Origin: Terriglobia bacterium
GTDB lineage: Bacteria > Acidobacteriota > Terriglobia > Terriglobales > Acidobacteriaceae
Direction of reading: 5' to 3'
NCBI GenBank assembly: GCA_041488515.1
Contig: JBGPPK010000018.1
Coordinates: 18,427 to 82,426, forward strand
Length of the DNA stretch: 64,000 bases
Notes under the pieces: model-generated
What the model was told of the DNA's origin: nothing
Seen by the model: the letters and a program-made list of their open reading frames with translations, nothing else
Database searches by the model: none
Part shown: in pieces, positions 38,949 to 47,415 of the stretch
How the letters are laid out: each line of letters begins with the position of its first letter
Numbering within the stretch: position 1 is the first letter of the stretch
Made by a program: the position numbers and the translations under genes

Positions 38949-39694
38949 AGTTCTTCATCATTTGTCTGCTGATTTTGTTGTCATGGCTGCCGGCGTGGAG
39001 TCAGCGATCTGCTTATGATCCCGCAGCCAGGCAGCCTGCCAAAAAGGGCGATGGTTTTGTCGATTTTGCGCTCAAGCAGGTCAATTCCCAGAACAAGGAT
39101 TATGGTTGTCAGATCGATGATGCGCGTAAACTCATGGTCGATGAGACGATCAAGAGCATTACTTCCTGGGCGGTGTTAGTTGCGCTCTCGTTTCTCATCC
39201 TGTCTTTCTTCTTGTTGCTTCACCAGCACAGGGAGCGTAACCGTCGCGAGATCATAGCCGCGGGGCTTTTGGCCCAGTATCACAACGCTTTGGCAGACGC
39301 CCGTAGCCAAGCCGATAAAGCAATACGCCGGTACAACGCACTCGTAAACAGGACCAACACGGCCGCCGAAGCCGCTTTTCGAACTGCATCACAACCGCCC
39401 GATCCTGCACAAACAACGGCCGCCAGACCAAGTCAACACCGAGGGGTGAAACCGCAGTCGGCTTCGGTTCCACCGACGAAAGATAAAATCAAAGCTGGCG
39501 AGAATGGTGCTAGCCGAACTGAAGCTGCACCACAAAACCGTGAGGCTGAAGGCGACATGATTGCCCAGATCAGCACCTTGCAGCAACAATTGCATGACTC
39601 TCACGAGCGAGAGAAAAACCTCCAGAAGGAACTCATGAAAATGCAGCGTCGCATGGAAGCGGCGCAGCCAAAAGATGCAAATATTGCGGGCTGA
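38945..39694 (+). CDS. Membrane-anchored coiled-coil protein
   Basis: Signal peptide MKFFIICLLILLSWLPAWSQ, an internal TM helix and a coiled-coil tail. ATGA overlap with the T4CP stop. Confidence 0.6.
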   Translation: MKFFIICLLILLSWLPAWSQRSAYDPAARQPAKKGDGFVDFALKQVNSQNKDYGCQIDDARKLMVDETIKSITSWAVLVALSFLILSFFLLLHQHRERNRREIIAAGLLAQYHNALADARSQADKAIRRYNALVNRTNTAAEAAFRTASQPPDPAQTTAARPSQHRGVKPQSASVPPTKDKIKAGENGASRTEAAPQNREAEGDMIAQISTLQQQLHDSHEREKNLQKELMKMQRRMEAAQPKDANIAG

Positions 39695-39728
39695 CCGGCA
39701 GCCCATTTTCGGAAAGGAGCCGGACAAA

Positions 39729-40079
39729 ATGGCAGACGATACCCCGCAGAAAGAACTGCTCCAGGAGATGGCACGGCTATTCAAACGCTTCGAGAAAGGC
39801 GGTGATCTTGCGCCAATCGAAGACCGAAATGAGTGGGACAAATTGGTCGAATCGAAACCACCCGAAGAGCGTGAACTTGTCAAAGAGCTTACACGGTTTG
39901 CCGACCTCTGGCGGTACTTTCAGGAACGTAACGAGAAGCTAGGCCTCGAGGTTGTTAACGCCATCAGTGAGGTGCACAAACTGCCGGTCCCGGAGCGCAC
40001 CGCACGGCTGAAGGAAATCAATCAGAGACTCATGGAGCGGGTCGGAGATGCTGGTCCAGGTGCTCAGTTTCGGCACTAA
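39729..40079 (+). CDS. Small acidic helical hypothetical protein
   Basis: 116-aa ORF from MADDTPQKELLQEM...; GGAG lies upstream. Confidence 0.5.
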   Translation: MADDTPQKELLQEMARLFKRFEKGGDLAPIEDRNEWDKLVESKPPEERELVKELTRFADLWRYFQERNEKLGLEVVNAISEVHKLPVPERTARLKEINQRLMERVGDAGPGAQFRH

Positions 40080-40596
40080 TTGGTGGGCTCGGTTTGGACG
40101 TAACGTTGACGATCCCCACCGTTTTACGCGCCACGCTGCCTACTACAACTCGACCGGAGTGCGTTGCGGCAGCAAAGTCAGGCGTCACTGGATTATCTCA
40201 GGGTTGATCCGCTTTAACGGCGTCGGCGACTTCAATCCTAACCTGCCAGATCGCGCCATCGGACGTACTTTTGTCTGCTCTGATCTTACGCAGGCGTTTG
40301 GCGGTACCCGCCTCCTCTTTCAAAGCAGCGCGCCCAAATCTGCCGCTCCCGATTGTTATCTGGTTGTTATTTCCAGTGATGTACATGGCCAGGTCGACTT
40401 CACATCCGGTGTCTGGAAATCGGTCTTCAGCCAGGTCATCGCGGCGAGCCACTTGCGCGATAAACAAGAGGCCATGTTGCTGATGAAACCCGACGACTGG
40501 CTTCAGACCAACACCGGCTTTTGGCAGTTAAGCGCCGCCAGAGGTTCTGGTGAACGAGCGATGTTGACGCGTCTTGGAGGAAGGATTTCAAGCTGA
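40048..40596 (+). CDS. Hypothetical protein
   Basis: 182-aa ORF whose TGA overlaps the ATG of the next gene (TGATG at 40594-40598), which suggests coupling. The start is uncertain. Confidence 0.4.
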   Translation: MLVQVLSFGTNWWARFGRNVDDPHRFTRHAAYYNSTGVRCGSKVRRHWIISGLIRFNGVGDFNPNLPDRAIGRTFVCSDLTQAFGGTRLLFQSSAPKSAAPDCYLVVISSDVHGQVDFTSGVWKSVFSQVIAASHLRDKQEAMLLMKPDDWLQTNTGFWQLSAARGSGERAMLTRLGGRISS

Positions 40597-41399
40597 TGCG
40601 GTACCCCAAAGGCAGTGTCGTTGTTACTCGAGCGGGAGACATTCCCCTGCTCAGATTGGTGCGGAATTGTCGCTTCATCAGCCACCAGCAGTTGTTCGAG
40701 CTGTTACAGCACGACGCAGTCGAATCATCGCGCGGTAGTTTCAATTGGCGCGTGCGGCGCCTGCTTAAGGCCGGCCGAATTGAGCGCGTGAACGATGTGC
40801 TCTGTGAGGGGTATTCCGTTTATACGATTAATCAAAATGGGCTCATTGAACTCGAAAGCCAACAGGAATTTGCGATAGCACTACATTCGGGAACGCGCCA
40901 GATGCCGGATCGGGCACAGGTATTTCATGCTCTGGAGCTGAACGCAATTCGGTTATCACTCGTGCGCAGCGCGTTGCTGGTTAGCTGGCAATCTGAAATC
41001 GAAGTCAGCTCGTGGAATATGGTTTCGTCGGCGCCTTATCAGAAGGATTATGACGCTGTTGTGAAGGTCTGGGTGGGCGATGAGGTGCGCGAATTTGCCC
41101 TGGAATACGAGCATTCCCTGAAGAACACAAAACAGTACGAAAGGGTTCGAGCGGCTCTGGAAGCTGAACGCAGAGTGGGTTCAGTTTTATATCTGACGGT
41201 GGATCCAGACCTTTTGATGGCACTCTTGTATCAGCTGACTCCAGTCTCCAAGCGTCTGGGGTTCCTGACCTCGAGATCGTTCCGCCAACAACTGTTGCAA
41301 GCGTTGGTCGCAACAGAGAACAATCGAGCTATGGTCACGCTTGAAGAATTTCTGCAGTACTCGCATCCTTTATATACAGGTGCTTCGATGAACTTGTGA
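40596..41399 (+). CDS. Replication-relaxation family protein (putative relaxase/initiator)
   Basis: N-terminal winged-helix block (LLRLVRNCRFISHQQLFELL....RVRRLLKAGRIERV..YSVYTINQNGL). Then ..VFHALELNAIRLSL.. and ..YDAVVKVW....EFALEYEHSLKN.., matching the Replic_Relax layout. Confidence 0.6.
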   Translation: MRYPKGSVVVTRAGDIPLLRLVRNCRFISHQQLFELLQHDAVESSRGSFNWRVRRLLKAGRIERVNDVLCEGYSVYTINQNGLIELESQQEFAIALHSGTRQMPDRAQVFHALELNAIRLSLVRSALLVSWQSEIEVSSWNMVSSAPYQKDYDAVVKVWVGDEVREFALEYEHSLKNTKQYERVRAALEAERRVGSVLYLTVDPDLLMALLYQLTPVSKRLGFLTSRSFRQQLLQALVATENNRAMVTLEEFLQYSHPLYTGASMNL

Positions 41400-41592
41400 G
41401 CTTTGCCCACTGATGCCTTAGTTTTCACCTGCATATGAGCTGTTCTTGCCCTCGCTTTGCCCTCTCGGTACGCCTCGAACTCTCTCTGGGTCAGCGAGTT
41501 GCGGCTGACTATCCCCTTAAGTATGTTCTTTTGAGTGTGAAAACGGCACCCTCAACCGTGGGGTGACTTGTCGTTGCCAGAATCCCCGACAA

Positions 41593-41883
41593 TTACGTGC
41601 GAGTCTGTTCCCCTGTTTTCTTGATGCCCATTTCCGCAACGCGCCCCGCCAACTGCTGCGGCACATCTGCAGGGACTTCCAACCATGAATCTGCATCTAC
41701 AAGTGTTCTTCCATGATGCGCTTGGTGCAGCTCGAGAATCTTGGCGGAAGGACAGTTCCTTCGAACAGTGGACGCAATCACTTTCTTGCTCTCTGGTGAA
41801 ACGGACTGACCCATGACTGCAACATCGAAAACATGTTGTTTGCACGCAAGAATCACCTGCTCAATGTTTACGGCAGAAACCAC
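41593..41883 (-). CDS. Receiver-domain-like fragment (lacks N-terminal acidic pocket)
   Basis: ..FDVAVMGQSVSPESKKVIASTVRRNCPSAKILEL.. resembles the central and C-terminal part of a response-regulator REC domain. Only 96 aa and opposite to the surrounding genes. Confidence 0.3.
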   Translation of the reverse strand: MVSAVNIEQVILACKQHVFDVAVMGQSVSPESKKVIASTVRRNCPSAKILELHQAHHGRTLVDADSWLEVPADVPQQLAGRVAEMGIKKTGEQTRT

Positions 41884-42138
41884 AATGTGACCAGCTTGCT
41901 AAAGGATCAGCCGGCGAGTTTCGAGCAATACGGGAGCTGGACCAGTGCAAAGAACCAGGGCCATCGCCTTGTTCCTGTGGTTGTACAGTCAAAAGAAAAC
42001 AACAATTGTACAGGCGTGAACAGGTCAACTAAAGTGCTGTTTTGCGTCAGCGGCCCTTCCGGAAACATGCTTGATTGCAAGCCTGTGGCGCTTATCCGAT
42101 CTTCAATTTCTCGATGAACTTAGCAGGAAAGGAGACCC

Positions 42139-42513
42139 ATGTCGTTTAGCAGAGGAACCATAACCCCCCACCGTCTATTCAGCGTGAAAGACATGGCAGT
42201 AGGCAATCCTGAGCCTCATGTCGAACGCGTAATCAACGAATTTCTCCACATTGGTGATGCAGTAGCTGCCCGTTGGATTCAGATGCCAAAGGCAATCCTG
42301 TTGCTGCAAATGGCCCCCGAGAATCCCGCTTCCGGGGCAATTTACTTATATGATCGCCTGCGCCAGGAGTTCTATTTGCTCTCGTTTGAAGGCGCAGAAG
42401 ACGACCTCACGGTGGACGAGTTCTCTCAACTCCTTCCCGAATACAACCTGCTTCGATACGCGGAACAACCAGCACTACTGCAAGTCCCATTCCAAACTGC
42501 CGGAACCGCGTAG
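42139..42513 (+). CDS. Hypothetical protein
   Basis: 124-aa ORF with GGAAAGGAG upstream. No recognisable domain. Confidence 0.55.
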   Translation: MSFSRGTITPHRLFSVKDMAVGNPEPHVERVINEFLHIGDAVAARWIQMPKAILLLQMAPENPASGAIYLYDRLRQEFYLLSFEGAEDDLTVDEFSQLLPEYNLLRYAEQPALLQVPFQTAGTA

Positions 42514-42590
42514 TCTCTCCGGTACTGGCAAATCAGAGGAAATTTGACTGAGTCTCGGAACCGGGGTACGAAGATCCTGGAAGGTGAAGT

Positions 42591-43589
42591 ATGCAATCCC
42601 GACTCTTGGCTTCAGAAGAGACCGTAGCTCGGTATTTTGAGCTGTTCGTTAACCGCGGAGCCTACACCGTCCAGTCTTCCACTCCGGATTCCGAGACTCG
42701 CCGCTGTCACTATTACCGGCCGAAAGGCCGGATTTCTTTGTCCCGAGATACCGTCCGGCGACATCTCGAAGGACAAGTCACCATTGGCCTTTATGCTATC
42801 AACCCTGCCACACAGCGTTGCAAGTGGGTCGCGATTGATGCCGATTATCCAGACGCTTTGGAAGACCTGCTGAAGCTGCAATGGGAGTTACGGCAGGATG
42901 GAGTTGAAGCAGCTTTGGAGAAGTCCCGCCGCGGCGGACATCTTTGGGTCTTTGCAGCCCAACCGCTGCTCGCCCGCGATTGCAGGTTATATATTCACAG
43001 CCTGGCTCGACGCCTTAAAGTGCCGGTCAAAGGCGCCCGCCGAGACCAGACTTCTGCAGTTGCACGGAGCACGTTGGCTGACGGAATCGAGGTTTTCCCC
43101 AAACAAGATGAAGTTCATGCCGATGAATTCGGCAATGCCATTCGTGGGCCTCTCGGGATTCACCGGGGCGTAGGCAAGCGGTTCTGGTTTTACGGCGCCG
43201 ATTACGCGCTGAGCGCGCAGCTGTGTTACCTCAGTCGTGTAAGGCGCATCACCGAGGACGAGATGCACCAGTTCGTGGCCGGCATTGAAATACCGCCCGA
43301 GCCTGAACCGGTGCAAAGGCAATTCGCGCGGTCACAGACATTGACCCCGAACAATCGGAAAGAGTTTTCGATCCTGGAACACGTAACGGGAAAGAAGCGC
43401 AGGATTGGCAGGAATTACTTCACGCGCTGCCCATCCTGTGCTCGACAGGGACGAGATAAGACAGGCGACAACCTGGCCATCTGCATCGCTGATCCGCGAA
43501 AGTACAAATGTTGGGCAGGCTGTGACAAAGAGGAGATTCGTTCAGCACTCGGCTATCCAATTCGCTATGGCATCAGGGTAAGCCGATGA
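42591..43589 (+). CDS. Archaeo-eukaryotic-type primase-polymerase (Prim-Pol) with C-terminal zinc finger
   Basis: AEP motifs: KWVAIDADY (DxD), SRRGGHLWVF (sxH) and GIEVFPKQ. C-terminal CPSC....CWAGC zinc-binding module. Confidence 0.7.
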   Translation: MQSRLLASEETVARYFELFVNRGAYTVQSSTPDSETRRCHYYRPKGRISLSRDTVRRHLEGQVTIGLYAINPATQRCKWVAIDADYPDALEDLLKLQWELRQDGVEAALEKSRRGGHLWVFAAQPLLARDCRLYIHSLARRLKVPVKGARRDQTSAVARSTLADGIEVFPKQDEVHADEFGNAIRGPLGIHRGVGKRFWFYGADYALSAQLCYLSRVRRITEDEMHQFVAGIEIPPEPEPVQRQFARSQTLTPNNRKEFSILEHVTGKKRRIGRNYFTRCPSCARQGRDKTGDNLAICIADPRKYKCWAGCDKEEIRSALGYPIRYGIRVSR

Positions 43590-44218
43590 CGGGGCTGAGC
43601 AAAGTTGAGGTGCTTGCTCTTCGCGGATTGCGTCTGCCCCCGATGGCTCTCAAAGGACTGCAACGAGTTGGAATTCACTGTCAGCCCTCGATCTCAATTG
43701 AATTCCAGCAGCGGGCACGATCCTATGTCCTCCGAGGCCTTGAATCTGGAGGCGCTATTCCACGATTGGGCGCGTACTGTGCCTTCGTAGATGTTCGCGG
43801 CGGTCCGCTGACCACAGTTCAATCAGTCGCGACCGTAGCAGTCAATGGATTTCATGCAGCCATCCTTTCCCCGGAGTTCATCAGGATCCAGATCTTCCGT
43901 TCCGAGCAGCACTGCGAGCTGCTGTTGACCCAGCACACCTTGGTTCTAAAGGAAGGCAAAACACGGCCGGCGCTCTCGAATTCGGTGATGTTCCACAGCG
44001 CACATGGCCGGCTCGAATGGGAGTTATGGGGCAAAGACAGTCACCTGAGAGGAATGGTCGCCCCCACCTTTTACAACAGAAGTGGTGAGCAAGTGCTACC
44101 GCCTGACTGCCTCCATGATGCAGTTCTGCGCGTCACCGCCGGCGCCTGTTGTGTCGGCTGTCGTCACGCCCACGTCGTTGGTTCGGTCAGCCATATCGAC
44201 AGAGAGCAGCTGCTATGA
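43586..44218 (+). CDS. Hypothetical protein
   Basis: 210-aa ORF with ATGA overlaps at both ends. Confidence 0.55.
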   Translation: MTGLSKVEVLALRGLRLPPMALKGLQRVGIHCQPSISIEFQQRARSYVLRGLESGGAIPRLGAYCAFVDVRGGPLTTVQSVATVAVNGFHAAILSPEFIRIQIFRSEQHCELLLTQHTLVLKEGKTRPALSNSVMFHSAHGRLEWELWGKDSHLRGMVAPTFYNRSGEQVLPPDCLHDAVLRVTAGACCVGCRHAHVVGSVSHIDREQLL

Positions 44219-44406
44219 CAAGCGACGGGCGAGAACATGAACTGCCAACTATCGAAGAGGTTCTGCGCGATCCGTCAGCCTCATTCTGGTTGAGAGCTGC
44301 GCTCCATTCTGCATTGGGCCGCGATCCTGTTGATGCTGCCAATGATGCGGAAGTATTGGCACGCTTGCTCGACCGCAGATGCCGGTCGATGCTTCCTGAA
44401 ATGTGA
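44215..44406 (+). CDS. Small hypothetical protein
   Basis: 63 codons starting at the ATG in the ATGA overlap (44215-44218). Confidence 0.45.
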   Translation: MTSDGREHELPTIEEVLRDPSASFWLRAALHSALGRDPVDAANDAEVLARLLDRRCRSMLPEM

Positions 44407-44434
44407 CAACTTGGTCAAAGCTTAGGAGACAGCA

Positions 44435-44866
44435 ATGCCGAAGAGTGTGAACAAAGTAACCCTGGTCGGGAACGTCGGAAAGGATCCCGAGGTGAAATAT
44501 GCCCCGAGTGGGGTCGCGATAGCGAAGTTCAGCCTGGCAACCAACGAGCGATTCAAAGACAAATCGGGAGAGTGGCAGGACAGGACTGAATGGCACAATG
44601 TGCTCGCCTGGCAGCGCCTCGCTGAAATCGTCGGCGAATATGTCCACAAGGGAGACAAGCTTTACATCGAGGGCAAACTGCAGACCTCAAGCTGGGAGGA
44701 CCGGCAGAGCGGAGACAAGAAGTTCCGGACAGAGATTGTCGCTCGCGATATCGTACTCCTCGGAACATCTGATGCCCCAGAGCGTGAGACGCACTGTGTT
44801 GATGAGGAGCGGGAACCCGTAGTCGCGGGAGCGGGCGAAATCACGGATGAAGACATCCCTTTTTGA
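44435..44866 (+). CDS. ssb: Single-stranded DNA-binding protein
   Basis: VNKVTLVGNVGKDPEVKY...TEWHNVLAWQRLAEI...KLYIEGKLQTSSWED OB fold and an acidic tail ending ..DEDIPF. Confidence 0.95.
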   Translation: MPKSVNKVTLVGNVGKDPEVKYAPSGVAIAKFSLATNERFKDKSGEWQDRTEWHNVLAWQRLAEIVGEYVHKGDKLYIEGKLQTSSWEDRQSGDKKFRTEIVARDIVLLGTSDAPERETHCVDEEREPVVAGAGEITDEDIPF

Positions 44867-44915
44867 GCGCTCAGCCGCGTGTTTGCGAGATCTTCACAAA
44901 TGTTCTGCATAATTC

Positions 44916-44935
44916 TACCCCGTACGGGGTATAAT
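44916..44935 (+). promoter_or_regulatory. 16-bp perfect palindrome overlapping a TATAAT box, 7 nt before the ATG (leaderless promoter/operator)
   Basis: TACCCCGTACGGGGTA (44916-44931), TATAAT (44930-44935), ATG at 44943. Confidence 0.55.
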
Positions 44936-44942
44936 TAATCTT

Positions 44943-45563
44943 ATGGAAACCCGAGAATACACCCCGGCGCAAGCCTCAGTACTGGCAAATCTCCCCCTTC
45001 CAGCGGTTCACAAACTCATAGAGCGTCGCCTCATTCGGCCGAGGCGCCTTCGGACAGGGCGCTCTATTCAGAGAATGCTTAACTGGGAGCAAGTGCTCTA
45101 TCTGCGTCTCGAGGCTGAGGGTGTGCGCCTCCTACCCGTAGCCGCGCGTAGAGCTATCGCAAAGCAAATCGAGGCTTCTCCCGGAAAAGACATTGTCGTT
45201 CCTGGCGGTGGTTCCGCGCTTGTAATTCAAGTGAAATCGGTGCGACAAGAGCTCGATGTAGACCTGAAGAAACTTGAACGGGCCGCAGAGATGGCGGTTT
45301 CCGACCCCGAGATCATGCATGGAACACCCGTCTATCGAGGAACCCGCATCCCTATCGAGCTCATTGCTAAGATGGTCCGGCAGGGCGCCAAAATTGACGA
45401 AATTCTGGAAGGGTATCCGGCGTTAGATCGAGAGAAGGTCGAACTCGCCCCTCTCTACGTGCAAGCCTTCCCGCGCCGTGGCCGTCCAGCAAGCCGCCCC
45501 TGGGCCAAAAGAAGACCCGTACGTGTGACACGTGAGCGCCGCGGCCTTGCGGTTCGACAATGA
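44943..45563 (+). CDS. DUF433-domain antitoxin-like protein with N-terminal HTH
   Basis: C-terminal ..MHGTPVYRGTRIPIELIAKMVRQGAKIDEILEGYPALDREKVELA.. is classic DUF433. Confidence 0.8.
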   Translation: METREYTPAQASVLANLPLPAVHKLIERRLIRPRRLRTGRSIQRMLNWEQVLYLRLEAEGVRLLPVAARRAIAKQIEASPGKDIVVPGGGSALVIQVKSVRQELDVDLKKLERAAEMAVSDPEIMHGTPVYRGTRIPIELIAKMVRQGAKIDEILEGYPALDREKVELAPLYVQAFPRRGRPASRPWAKRRPVRVTRERRGLAVRQ

Positions 45564-45940
45564 AGCTCCTCATCGATGAATGCCTGCACACTTCCTTGGT
45601 TGAACTGGCGTACGCAGCAGGGCACGCGGCGGATCATGTCAATTATCTGGCGCTGGGTGGGTACAAAGACTGGCAGATCATGGCCATAATTCGTGAACAG
45701 GAATACACGTTTGTCACCAACAATCGCGTGGATTTTCTGCGACTTCACGCCAACGAACCACTTCATGCAGGAGTGATCGTCATTGTCCCGAATGTGCCAC
45801 CGGCTGAGCAGAGAGCGCTGTTTCGTGCTGCGCTAAAGCATATCGGTACCCGAGACCTTACCAACACTATCGTTGAGGTTCGATATGCGGGCAACCGGAT
45901 TACCTGTTCTCAGTACTTTCTGCCAGAAAGTAGCCAGTGA
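45560..45940 (+). CDS. DUF5615 / Mut7-C-like PIN-fold toxin candidate
   Basis: MKLLIDECLH....GHAADHV.......DWQIMAIIREQEYTFVTNNRVDF. ATGA overlap with the DUF433 gene. Confidence 0.75.
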   Translation: MKLLIDECLHTSLVELAYAAGHAADHVNYLALGGYKDWQIMAIIREQEYTFVTNNRVDFLRLHANEPLHAGVIVIVPNVPPAEQRALFRAALKHIGTRDLTNTIVEVRYAGNRITCSQYFLPESSQ

Positions 45941-46089
45941 AGCATGAATGCTCGCCATGTTTATCCTGGAACGAGGATCGGCAAGAACTCGCCAAGAATT
46001 GAAGACCATGAGCGGCTTCGTACGGCTAAGCTGGCTGGAATACATTGGCGGGTCGTTGGCCCAAAAGCCCCATCTGCCAAGGTAACTTC

Positions 46090-46151
46090 TTATTAAAGCT
46101 TAACCCCATATCTTTAAATAACGTTTTTGGTTATTAAAGGAAGCTTTAATA
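46090..46151. repeat. AT-rich inverted/direct repeat cluster (candidate oriT or origin/operator)
   Basis: TATTAAAGCTT (46091-46101) and its exact reverse complement AAGCTTTAATA (46141-46151). TTATTAAAG is directly repeated at 46090 and 46131. This is the most AT-rich stretch I noticed. Confidence 0.6.
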
Positions 46152-46219
46152 GCAGCGCCGCGTAAGCCACTGCGTCCCTAAGTGCCCAGCCAGGAACTCT
46201 GACCCCATTACTTCTTCTT

Positions 46220-47254
46220 TTGGAGATGCCCATGAGTCCACCAAATGGACACGCAAACGGCTCGCCTGGGAGCCAGGACCAGCATTCCATAGCGCCAGTT
46301 CTGTCCCCCGGTTGGAATAGTGCGACTCATTACACAGCAGAGCAGATCAAAGAATTCGTCGCTCTCCTGGAAGTGCCTTTCGATCCAAGGGTTATTGAAT
46401 GGAGGGTCACCAACACCACCAAAGGGAACAGGCAGTCACGAGGGCAGGTCATTCCTTACGCTGATCAAAGGGCTTACACAGACCGTCTCAACGCCCTCTT
46501 CAGTCCGGCTGGCTGGACGCGAAAGTACTCTGTCCATACCAGCGCCAATTTTCAGCGCGCCAAAGACGAAAAGATCACCGCCAAAGTGTTTGTCACCTGC
46601 GATCTGACGATCTTTGGTATTGGTTCCCATTCGGCGACGGGCGAGGAATGGGCCGATGATGAAAATGCTGGGACCGCAGCGGAAGCCCAGGCCTTCAAGC
46701 GAAGCTGCGCCTGTTTTGGTCTTGGCCGGTACCTCTACCACTTCACCGGGACTTGGGTTGATTTAGATGACCGCAAACGGCCGAAAATCATTCCGAAGTT
46801 GGCCGGCTGGGCCACTCCTGAAGGCTGGCGCCAAGGCTTGCGACCGGGTCAAACATCAAACTCACAGCCCTCGGGACCGACAAAGAGCAACGGCAACCAG
46901 ACCCATCAGTGCGGCGCGCGGGGCAAGCAGAGCGAACTCGTTCAACGGATTGAGGGAATGGCAGGCCTGCTGGGTAAAGGGCTTTATAGGGGCCTGCTGA
47001 AGACGATAGCAACGGCGTGGAAACCCAGCGATATCACGGATATTGGGGTACTCGAAAAGGTATTCACCCACATGCAGGCAGCGGAGCGTGGACTGAAGAG
47101 ACTCGAAGCCGCTTTGGACAGAACAGGCCCTGAGCCTTTGGCCACTATTCTGCGGTCGTTCAACCTAAACTCCCTTGATAGGGTTAAGAGCCTCGACACC
47201 CTACACAAGATCGTGCTGACGCTCGAAGCGAGAGCCGTCTCGCCTACCCAGTAG
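46220..47254 (+). CDS. Rad52/Sak-type single-strand annealing protein with long C-terminal extension
   Basis: ..EVPFDPRVIEWRV....VIPYADQRAYTDRLNALFSPAGWT...AEAQAFKRSCACFGLGRYLY. The start may be the ATG at 46226 or 46232. Confidence 0.75.
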   Translation: MEMPMSPPNGHANGSPGSQDQHSIAPVLSPGWNSATHYTAEQIKEFVALLEVPFDPRVIEWRVTNTTKGNRQSRGQVIPYADQRAYTDRLNALFSPAGWTRKYSVHTSANFQRAKDEKITAKVFVTCDLTIFGIGSHSATGEEWADDENAGTAAEAQAFKRSCACFGLGRYLYHFTGTWVDLDDRKRPKIIPKLAGWATPEGWRQGLRPGQTSNSQPSGPTKSNGNQTHQCGARGKQSELVQRIEGMAGLLGKGLYRGLLKTIATAWKPSDITDIGVLEKVFTHMQAAERGLKRLEAALDRTGPEPLATILRSFNLNSLDRVKSLDTLHKIVLTLEARAVSPTQ

Positions 47255-47415
47255 CAACCTTCCTCAACTCTCCCGTCTCAACTGTCTGTCTTCCCTGACC
47301 GCATAGCCGTGCATATGCCGCTTTGCGGTCGTTTTCCAACAAACAACCTGCATTCTCTCTCCACCGGTCTTTTTGGTTCACAGGACGGGGGGGAGACGTG
47401 TGCCCGAAAGACGAA

